Shown: piece after piece, positions 54,264 to 62,332 of the stretch
How the letters are laid out: each line of letters opens with the position of its first letter
Position numbering within the stretch: the stretch's first letter is position 1
NCBI GenBank assembly: GCA_000993535.1
Contig: LBWG01000001.1
Coordinates: 22,442 to 86,441 of the forward strand
Source: Candidatus Uhrbacteria bacterium GW2011_GWF2_39_13
GTDB lineage: Bacteria; Patescibacteriota; Patescibacteriia; UBA9934; GWF2-40-263
Direction: 5' to 3'
DNA: 64,000 bases
Notes under the pieces: generated by a model
Told to the model about the DNA's origin: nothing
The model's input: only the letters and a program-made list of their open reading frames with translations
Databases searched by the model: none
Translations under genes and position numbers: made by a program

Positions 54264-56278
54264 AATATACACTTTGGTTATTGACACTCTTGTTGCTTAT
54301 TGCGACATCAACAACCTCTACGCAAGCATCAATAAAAAATTCAACCTTTGTCAAAACGGCCAACTATTTTTTGTTGTCTGGTTCTGCTCTAGAAAATCAA
54401 TCAACGATAAAAACGCTGGCAACGTTTGATCTGATTGTTATTCCGGTTGAAGCTCAAGTATACAATAAATCTTTCTTCCAAGAGATTCGATCTATCAACA
54501 AGGACATTATTATCCTCCCCTACATCGCCACCGTTAGCTGGAATGATCTTTATTGGAATGATTCCCTTCATCAAAAACTGTATCAACAGATCAAACCAGA
54601 ATGGTGGCTCACAGATGCAAATGGAAAACAAGTTTCTGTTTGGCCAGGAACACGTGCTCTCAATCTTAATTCTGGTTGGAATACGTTTCTTCCTGAATTT
54701 GTAAAAAAGGAAGTTCTCTCCACAGGACTATGGGATGGGATCTTCTATGATGAAGTTCAGGATTCAATCAGTTGGGTAGGTGCTACAGACGTTGATAAAG
54801 ATAAAAAAACTGATTCTGCTGCAACAGCCGATACCCTGTGGAAAACACGCTATGAAGAGTTGTTTGCCCAAACAAGATCGCTTGTAGGAAACGACAAAAT
54901 TATCATTTCAAATGGAAGTTCAAATCCTGACTTTGCTGACTTTTTAAATGGTCGAATGTTCGAAACATTCCCATCATCAGATGACTCTCTGACACAGTGG
55001 AAAGCAATGACCACTGAATATGTGAATCTTGAAAAACAAGTCACAAATCCTTCTATTCAACTCATTAATGTAAACACAAAAAATACAGGAATCATTGACT
55101 ATCAAAACATTCGTTTTGGACTGACAACTACCCTCTTAGGAAATGGTTACTTTACATTTGATTATGGAACAGAAAATCATGCACAACTTTGGACCTACGA
55201 CGAATATAACACCTATCTTGGAGCTCCTAAGGGTTCTTTGCAAAATGTCTATAATCCACAACAAACAACGATCAGCACAGGTGTCTGGATGCGGGAATTT
55301 GAACAAGGACAAGTCCTTGTAAACGCAACCGATCAACAACAAATCATTTATTTAGAAGGAGAATTCGAAAAAATACATGGAACTCAAGATCCAAACGTGA
55401 ATAACGGGCGTATTGTCTCTGAAGTCATGTTATCCTCAAAAGATGGGCTAATTCTTCTGCGACCTATTGCGGAAATATTGGATGTTCCCTATTTGAACGG
55501 AGCCTTCGCCAAAATTTATACTTCAAATGGAACGACTAAACGAACGGGGTTTTTTGCCTATAACAATTCACAACGCGGTGGAAATCAGATCATTCAATTC
55601 GATACAAACGCAGACGGCAAACGAGAAACCATTGTTGCTGATCATACTTACGTCTCTATCTATAAACCTGATGGATCTCTTCACACAAAATTTGCCCCTT
55701 ATACGGAGCAATATAATAAAGGAATCAATATTTCTGCAGGAGATTTAGAAAATGACGGAAGTGTCGAAATCGTAACCGGAACAAAAAATGGCGGAGGTCC
55801 TCAAGTTCGTGTATTCAATAAAGACGGTGTTCTTATTAACCCTGGATTTTTTGCGTACGAAACAGCCTTTCGCGGTGGAGTTAACGTCACAATTGGAGAT
55901 TTGAATGGAGACGCGATCAAAGAGATTATTTGCGGAGCTGGTGTAGGTGGCGGACCTCATGTCCGTGTCTTTAAAAAAGATGGCACGCTGATTAATCCTG
56001 GGTTTTTTGCCTATGATCCTTCCTTTCGAGGAGGTGTAAACGTATCTTCGGGAGATGTAGATGGAGATGGGATTGATGAGATTGTCACAGGTCCAGGCAT
56101 GGGCGGAGCACCTCTGGCACGAGTTTTTGATCGTAATGGAAAGCGCAAATCAGAATTCTACCTTTTTGATTCTACCCAACGTGACGGACTTGAAGTTGTT
56201 GTTTCTGATGTGGACACAGATGGGATAGCTGAAATTATTGGACTCACCGCTGATGTTTTTACCTTAAGTTTATTTTAA
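54260..56278 (+). CDS. secreted protein: N-terminal glycoside-hydrolase-like TIM-barrel domain + C-terminal FG-GAP repeats
   Basis: Start at the internal Met (MKYTLWLLTLLLLIATSTTSTQA signal peptide). The N-terminal domain carries the FYDEV acidic motif, resembling the GH114/GHL families. The C-terminus has 6 FG-GAP-type repeats (GDLNGDAIKEIICGAGVGGGPHVRVF). Confidence 0.7.
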   Translation: MKYTLWLLTLLLLIATSTTSTQASIKNSTFVKTANYFLLSGSALENQSTIKTLATFDLIVIPVEAQVYNKSFFQEIRSINKDIIILPYIATVSWNDLYWNDSLHQKLYQQIKPEWWLTDANGKQVSVWPGTRALNLNSGWNTFLPEFVKKEVLSTGLWDGIFYDEVQDSISWVGATDVDKDKKTDSAATADTLWKTRYEELFAQTRSLVGNDKIIISNGSSNPDFADFLNGRMFETFPSSDDSLTQWKAMTTEYVNLEKQVTNPSIQLINVNTKNTGIIDYQNIRFGLTTTLLGNGYFTFDYGTENHAQLWTYDEYNTYLGAPKGSLQNVYNPQQTTISTGVWMREFEQGQVLVNATDQQQIIYLEGEFEKIHGTQDPNVNNGRIVSEVMLSSKDGLILLRPIAEILDVPYLNGAFAKIYTSNGTTKRTGFFAYNNSQRGGNQIIQFDTNADGKRETIVADHTYVSIYKPDGSLHTKFAPYTEQYNKGINISAGDLENDGSVEIVTGTKNGGGPQVRVFNKDGVLINPGFFAYETAFRGGVNVTIGDLNGDAIKEIICGAGVGGGPHVRVFKKDGTLINPGFFAYDPSFRGGVNVSSGDVDGDGIDEIVTGPGMGGAPLARVFDRNGKRKSEFYLFDSTQRDGLEVVVSDVDTDGIAEIIGLTADVFTLSLF

Positions 56279-56346
56279 ACGTAAAACTTTTTTGAAAATA
56301 TAACTCGATCTCATCTTATTTTAAAAAAAGTCTATAATAGAAAGGT

Positions 56347-58185
56347 ATGTCACTAAAAGAAGAACTAAAAAAAGGAGTCGCATGTGACAGCGTTGGTAAA
56401 CCGCATTCTATTCTTGGACGTGCTGTGTGTTTATCTATTCATCCAGGGAAAATGCTTATTTTCCCTTTTTTACACTGGTTTGAAAAACGCTATAAAGGGA
56501 AAGTAAAATTTGCACGACTTCTTTTTGCCTTCGATCTCCTCCTGATCGGAACCGCTTTAGGCATTGGAGCAATGGCTGTGTCCTTTAGTTTCTTCCATTC
56601 ATCAACAAACTTTGAAGATCGGATTCTTTTTGAAGCGAGTGTCGCTCCCAAAGAGATCAAGACAGGGGCAACCTCTACCCTGATCATTCACTATACCAAT
56701 GGAACAAAGGAGGATCTCTCTCATGCTCAACTGAACCTTTCTTTTCCTGATGATTTTCTTCTGCAAGAACTCTCAACAAACGACACAGAACTTACACAAC
56801 AGTCTATTGATCTTGGAACGATTCCTGCGGGAAGTTCCGGTTCAATCAAAATACGAGGAGTAATGTTTGGCGCAGTCGGAGGTGAACAAACGTTTACCAG
56901 TACCCTGAGCTTTATTCACGGAAAAAACCAAGATATAGCGAGCGAAAAAAGAAGTGTTTACACGTTCTCTCCAAGTTCATCCAATCTTTCCCTTTCTCTT
57001 TCTCTTCCAGATCAGCTTGTCGCTTTTCAAGAAATAGAAGGCACTATACGTTACATTAATACGGGCGATATTGATTTCCCCATGATTAGCATTGAACCTA
57101 AGTGGCCTGAAGATTTCCGTTTCACTTCCTCTTCCAGTCCACTAACCAACGAAGTCTTTATTCTTCCACCTCTGCAAAAAGGAACCAGTGGGGAGCTTAC
57201 GTTTACTGGATATCTTGATAACACAAAAGAAGAAATACCCTTTTCTTTTCTCCCATCCTTTATTTTTAAAACAAACAGTTACCCGCAAGACACTCTCAAT
57301 CACATAGCTCTGGTTGTCCCGCCACAAATCCGTGTAGAGCAAACAGTAGAAAAAAAGAGCGCACGACCAGGATCTGAGACGATTTTTACCTTACGTTATC
57401 AAAATACAGGAGAATTTCCGGTTTCAGATCTTGTTCTTTCCATTGAATCAGAGAGTCCTTTCTTTCAAAAAGAATCTTATTCCTCTGCATCTATTCCCTC
57501 TGTGGCACCAAATGAAGCAGGAGAAATCACTCTCTCTATTCCTCTGCGATCTTACATTCTCTTAAGTGAAACGGATGTCTATGAACACTTAACGCTCACA
57601 ACACGAGCTGTAGCAACCTACACCCTTGGAGATAAAGCAAACGGACAACGAGTCACTTCCAAAAGCTCTTCTATCACAACGCCGCTAATAACCCCTGTCA
57701 TTTTAGAATCTTTTGGACGATATGCCACAGCCGGCGGTGACCAAATAGGACGAGGTCCCTTGCCTCCTCGCATAGGAGAAGAAACCACTTATTGGATTTT
57801 TTGGCATGTGGAAGGAACATTTAATGAACTGGAGAATGTACGTATCGAAGGAACATTGGGTAATCAAGTCGTTTATACAGGACGTATAAGTTCTTCACAA
57901 AATGGTGGGACAACCTACGATACCAAAACCAATACCGTCTCTTGGCAAACAGATCTCATAAAACCGACATTTTCCCCCACAAGTAAAATTATCGGAGTCG
58001 CTTTTGAAGTAGGCCTCACCCCTGATGCCTCCATGGTAGGAATCGTTCCTGTTCTCGTGTCCAATATCCATATCACAGGAACAGATAAAAATACCGGAGC
58101 CTTTGTAAGCGCCTCGGGTAAGGTTGTGACAACAAATCTCCCAGATGACCTGATGGCCGCAGGGAAATCTAGTGTTGAAGATTAG
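56347..58185 (+). CDS. membrane-anchored exported protein with beta-rich repeat domains (DUF11/CARDB-like), function unknown
   Basis: 612 aa. N-terminal TM anchor (LLFAFDLLLIGTALGIGAMAV), then Thr/Ser-rich beta-type segments. Start uncertain (alternative internal Met). Confidence 0.55.
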   Translation: MSLKEELKKGVACDSVGKPHSILGRAVCLSIHPGKMLIFPFLHWFEKRYKGKVKFARLLFAFDLLLIGTALGIGAMAVSFSFFHSSTNFEDRILFEASVAPKEIKTGATSTLIIHYTNGTKEDLSHAQLNLSFPDDFLLQELSTNDTELTQQSIDLGTIPAGSSGSIKIRGVMFGAVGGEQTFTSTLSFIHGKNQDIASEKRSVYTFSPSSSNLSLSLSLPDQLVAFQEIEGTIRYINTGDIDFPMISIEPKWPEDFRFTSSSSPLTNEVFILPPLQKGTSGELTFTGYLDNTKEEIPFSFLPSFIFKTNSYPQDTLNHIALVVPPQIRVEQTVEKKSARPGSETIFTLRYQNTGEFPVSDLVLSIESESPFFQKESYSSASIPSVAPNEAGEITLSIPLRSYILLSETDVYEHLTLTTRAVATYTLGDKANGQRVTSKSSSITTPLITPVILESFGRYATAGGDQIGRGPLPPRIGEETTYWIFWHVEGTFNELENVRIEGTLGNQVVYTGRISSSQNGGTTYDTKTNTVSWQTDLIKPTFSPTSKIIGVAFEVGLTPDASMVGIVPVLVSNIHITGTDKNTGAFVSASGKVVTTNLPDDLMAAGKSSVED

Positions 58186-58241
58186 GAGAAGAGAAAACCC
58201 TTTATTTTAAGGGGAAAAAACAGTTTTTTGATGATCAATCA

Positions 58242-58269
58242 TTGACAAAATGCCCATTTTTTGGTATTA
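58242..58269 (+). promoter_or_regulatory. sigma70 promoter TTGACA-N16-TGgTATTAT, near-leaderless for the GT4 gene
   Basis: Consensus -35 TTGACA (58242-58247). Extended -10 TGGTATTAT (58261-58269). The ATG at 58278 is ~8-9 nt downstream of the -10. Confidence 0.5.
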
Positions 58270-58277
58270 TCTGGTGT

Positions 58278-59457
58278 TATGAAAATAGCCATGATTGGAC
58301 AAAAAGGAATTCCAGCTCGCTCAGGTGGTATTGAACGACATGTGGAGGAACTCTCCATAGAGCTGGCCGCACGTGGACATGAAGTCCTTGTATTTTGTCG
58401 TGCCTGGTACGCGTGGCCTGTTCGAGATTACAAGGGTGTTCGCTGTATCAAAACCCATTCCATCGCCACAAAACACTTGGACACGATTACACACACTTTT
58501 CTTTCTATTTTAAAAGCCGTTCAGGAAAAAGTAGATATTTTTCATTTTCATGGAGTAGGCCCATCGCTTCTCTCGTGGATTCCGAAACTCTTACGTCCAT
58601 CGGCTAAAATCGTTGTTACATTCCATTGTATCGATCGTCACCATAAAAAATGGGGATTTATAGCTCGCACAATGCTCCAAATAGGAGAACGTATCGCTTG
58701 TCATATTCCTCATGCCACTATTGCTGTTTCAAAAACACTTGAAACGTATTGTCGACTTTCTTATGGAACGACAGCTAAATACATTCCAAATGGAACACAA
58801 ATCCTCTTAGAGGATTCCGACCCAGATCTCTTGAAACCGTTTGATCTGAATCCTGGAAATTATCTGATGATGTGTTCCCGACTCGTGCCTCATAAAGGAG
58901 TTCACACGCTCATCAACGCATGGAAACAGCTGAAACAAACAAATCCAGAACTCCTAAAAAACAAAAAATTAGCGATTGTGGGTGGAAGTGCTTTTACAGA
59001 AAGCTATGTGAAAGAACTACATAAATTGGCTGAAAACGAACCATCTATTATTCTCACAGGAAATCAGTCTGGAAACACACTCCACAGTCTGTTTGCAAAC
59101 AGTTACGCGATTATTCACCCTTCTGAATCAGAAGGACTGCCCATTGCGATCTTAGAAGCGATGAGTTATGGAAAATGCGTGCTTTCCTCTGATATTCCTG
59201 AAAATCGAGAGCTCACGCAAGATCATGGGATGACGTTTAGAACAAACGATGAAAAAGATCTGAAAGAAAAACTCGCCATGCTGATTGAAAATCCAAACCT
59301 AGTCAAAGCCGTGGGACAAGAAGCGCGATTGCATGTGGCAAAACAGTACGACTGGAAAGATATTGCCGAAACCACAGAATATCTCTACGAATTGCTCTGG
59401 CTTGAACCGGAACTGACAAAACAACACATTTACAAAACAAAAACCTCGCTTCAATAA
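58278..59457 (+). CDS. glycosyltransferase family 4
   Basis: MKIAMIGQKGIPARSGGIERHVEEL N-terminus and a GT-B C-terminal domain (ESEGLPIAILEAMSYG). The ORF track starts a few codons upstream at a non-ATG. Confidence 0.88.
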
Positions 59458-59478
59458 AGAAGCGAGGTTTTTGTTTTA
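59438..59478. terminator. bidirectional intrinsic terminator with stop codon in the loop
   Basis: aacctcgcttc-aataaa-gaagcgaggtt stem plus TTTTTGTTTT. The TAA stop of the plus-strand GT4 lies in the loop. The convergent GT4 stops at 59494. Confidence 0.6.
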
Positions 59479-59493
59479 CTCACCTTCTCTTAT

Positions 59494-60726
59494 TTATTTA
59501 CGAATAACCTCTTCGTAAACTTTCATGAGTCTTTGATAGTGCTCCTTTAACGAAAATTTATACTCAACCGTCAATCGCGCAGCTCGAGCCAATGAGAGTC
59601 TGAAATCCTCATCATAGGTAAGACGCATGATCGCCTCTACCCAGCCATGCAGATCAGCTGGATCTACCAAAAGCCCATTTACTCGGTCTTCCACAATTTC
59701 AGGGACTCCTCCCACATGGGAAGCAATCACGGGTTTGCCTAAGGCCATAGCCTCCAACAGAATAAGCGGAAAATTCTCCTGCACGCGAGAAGTGAGAACA
59801 ACGGCGCGAGCCCCACGATAGAGCTCCGCAAGTTCCTCACCCATGCGGAATCCGACAAATTCAATATTTTTTAATCCATCTGCCAGCAGATGCAGACGCT
59901 CCATTTCAGGTCCCCGACCGACAATTTTAAACACGATATCAGGGATCAGCTTTGCCGCTCGAATAATGGTTTCAATCCCCTTTTCTTCACTTAAACGTCC
60001 GACAAACAAAATGTATCCATCATGATCGTAGCGAGGTTTAATCAATTTACAATCAATACCATACGGATTCACACAAATTTTGTGTTGCGGAAACCCACCG
60101 GCAATCAGTTGACGCTTCATGTACGCAGACGGACAGATAAACACATCAACCCCTCGTTCATACATCATCAAAGAGCGATGAAACTTGTACACGGCGACCT
60201 GGGCAAAGCTTCCCAAAAAAGATTGCTTGTGAAACCGCACCAAAGTCCCTCGAAGAATGCCAGCATGGCGATAATCCTGACCGCAGCCTGGAGCCCAAAT
60301 ATTGTACTGAGGTGAAATAAGATGATGGTCATGAACCGTCATCACCACAGGCACATGTTGATCTTTGAGCGTGTCCAGAATGGACGGTGAAATTTGGGTA
60401 TAGATGCTATGAATATGACAAAGATCTGGATTGGTTGAAGAGATAAGCGTTGCCAGCCTTCTGCGCGCCTCTAAAGAATATGTCATTCGACCAAGCGTGC
60501 GTAAACGTTCCCATAGACCTCTCCATCCTCCTGGAAATTCTTCTTTTTGTGTTTTTATCTGACTCACAAAAAAATCTGAAAAGGGAGTCTGCTCATTATC
60601 AGGATGGGTCATGGAAAATGGAATGACCTGGTGCTGTTGTGATTCAAGCCAATGCGAAAGCTCGAACAAATAACGCTCTGCCCCGCTTTTAAGGGTATAA
60701 AATTTATTGGCTTGGATGATCTTCAT
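59494..60726 (-). CDS. glycosyltransferase family 4
   Basis: 410 aa. GT-B fold and a C-terminal E-x7-E region (LTSRVQENFPLILLEAMALGKPVIAS). Confidence 0.88.
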   Translation of the reverse strand: MKIIQANKFYTLKSGAERYLFELSHWLESQQHQVIPFSMTHPDNEQTPFSDFFVSQIKTQKEEFPGGWRGLWERLRTLGRMTYSLEARRRLATLISSTNPDLCHIHSIYTQISPSILDTLKDQHVPVVMTVHDHHLISPQYNIWAPGCGQDYRHAGILRGTLVRFHKQSFLGSFAQVAVYKFHRSLMMYERGVDVFICPSAYMKRQLIAGGFPQHKICVNPYGIDCKLIKPRYDHDGYILFVGRLSEEKGIETIIRAAKLIPDIVFKIVGRGPEMERLHLLADGLKNIEFVGFRMGEELAELYRGARAVVLTSRVQENFPLILLEAMALGKPVIASHVGGVPEIVEDRVNGLLVDPADLHGWVEAIMRLTYDEDFRLSLARAARLTVEYKFSLKEHYQRLMKVYEEVIRK

Positions 60727-62252
60727 ACGCGTTGTGTTTTTTCTTGGGCGAGCACATAGACGAATCCGGCATACAGCCAGACATAAAAGGCACTGGTACG
60801 AATTTCAAAAAAGGTTGAAGTGAAAGCATTAAAAGCCACTCCAATAAAAATTCCACACATTCCCATGGCCAAAGAACGCACAAAAGGATCTTTATGCGTT
60901 CGAGCGACATTCAACGCATAGAAAAAAAATCCAATATACATCCAAAGGTAAAAAAACATTCCTAGCGTTCCAGTCTCACCCCATAACGAAAACCAATTGT
61001 TATCAATATACCCTTCTGTCCCATACACTCCAAACGGGAGACCCAACTCTTCATACACCTTGGTATTGTGCAACGCCGCTGCAGCGCCCCCGCCGAATTG
61101 TCCCGGACCAAATCCTAATAATGGAGAAGCAACAACCACCTGCATCGGGGTTTGGATATACCAAAAAACGCGTCCTAATCCATAGTATTCCCCACGCCAG
61201 CGCGCCAAACTAAAACTCTCAAAAAAACGTTCGGAAAGCGTTTGCCCAGGCATTTCTGTAATCAGACCTACGTTGAGCCCAGACACGCTCAGGAGCAGGA
61301 ACAAAGAAAGAACAAAGCTTGCTAATCCAATGAAAACCCGACGGTCTTTCTTTAAAAAAAGACCGATAAATAAAAATCCTAACAAAAATCCAAACCAAGA
61401 AGAACGCGAGTAAGTTAAAACAAGCGTAGGAATGCCAAGAATAAAAAGCCAAATCAACCAAGGATATTTACGATACCATTCTTTGGTAAACAACATTCCG
61501 GTAGCAATCAATAAAATAAGATAGAGAAAATTTCCAAGCCGATCATAACGGCCCAGCGTTCCAAACACCCGAGAACCAGGATCCCAAAACTGCTCCACGC
61601 CCTCGGTTAACGTGATACTTCCCAACGTGCGCTCTTGAGAAGGCAGGAGGAATTGATCCAATGGTTCTCCTACAAAAGATTGCGCCCAACCCAACACGCA
61701 TTGAAAAACCAAAATGCCAAAGAGGATCCAGGTGAGTTTTCGAATAAACGCTTTGCTTGGTTTAATAAACGCAACCAAAAAAAAGAGAATCATGAATCTC
61801 AAGATCTGTCGCAGTCCCAAAATGGCGATAGTCGGTGAAACAAAGTTAACAAGGGATGATGCCAGCAAGACAAGCACGAATAAGAAAAAAGGGAGATCAA
61901 AAGGGGTTTGATGGTACTGTTTTTTTCCAGATAAAAAAGAAAAAACAACGACACCGGCAACCAGATAAATCAATAATTCTGATCCATAACGAGCAAAAAG
62001 ATACACTTCGTCTGGAACAAACTTTAATAAAACAGATTCAAAAGGAAGATAAACCGCAAGAATTCCCAATGTGATTTCGGGACGAACAAACGACACAATG
62101 ATAAGACAGACTCCAATGACTCCCGACAAAACAAGGGCGGGAGAAAAAAAGGATTGGAGAAGAATAAGAAACCCAAGGAGCAGGAAGAGGAACACGACAG
62201 CCAACGCCGTATGCTCTTCTGCACGTCTATAAACCGCGCGCAGATTGATCAC
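60723..62252 (-). CDS. O-antigen ligase/polymerase-like (Wzy_C-type) polytopic membrane protein
   Basis: 509 aa. About 12 TM helices with a periplasmic loop containing YSRSSWFGFLLG, typical of O-antigen ligase-like proteins. 4-bp overlap with the upstream GT4 gene. Confidence 0.75.
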   Translation of the reverse strand: MINLRAVYRRAEEHTALAVVFLFLLLGFLILLQSFFSPALVLSGVIGVCLIIVSFVRPEITLGILAVYLPFESVLLKFVPDEVYLFARYGSELLIYLVAGVVVFSFLSGKKQYHQTPFDLPFFLFVLVLLASSLVNFVSPTIAILGLRQILRFMILFFLVAFIKPSKAFIRKLTWILFGILVFQCVLGWAQSFVGEPLDQFLLPSQERTLGSITLTEGVEQFWDPGSRVFGTLGRYDRLGNFLYLILLIATGMLFTKEWYRKYPWLIWLFILGIPTLVLTYSRSSWFGFLLGFLFIGLFLKKDRRVFIGLASFVLSLFLLLSVSGLNVGLITEMPGQTLSERFFESFSLARWRGEYYGLGRVFWYIQTPMQVVVASPLLGFGPGQFGGGAAAALHNTKVYEELGLPFGVYGTEGYIDNNWFSLWGETGTLGMFFYLWMYIGFFFYALNVARTHKDPFVRSLAMGMCGIFIGVAFNAFTSTFFEIRTSAFYVWLYAGFVYVLAQEKTQRV

Positions 62253-62282
62253 ATAGGGTTATTGTAACACAAGCATCAAGTT

Positions 62283-62324
62283 GAAAATAAAAAACCGTGT
62301 AGTGATTGTAAACCATTACACGGT
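62283..62324 (-). terminator. intrinsic terminator after the D/C-rich repeat protein gene
   Basis: accgtgta...tacacggt stem. On the minus strand it is followed by TTTTTATTTTC. Confidence 0.5.
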
Positions 62325-62332
62325 CGTCGTTG

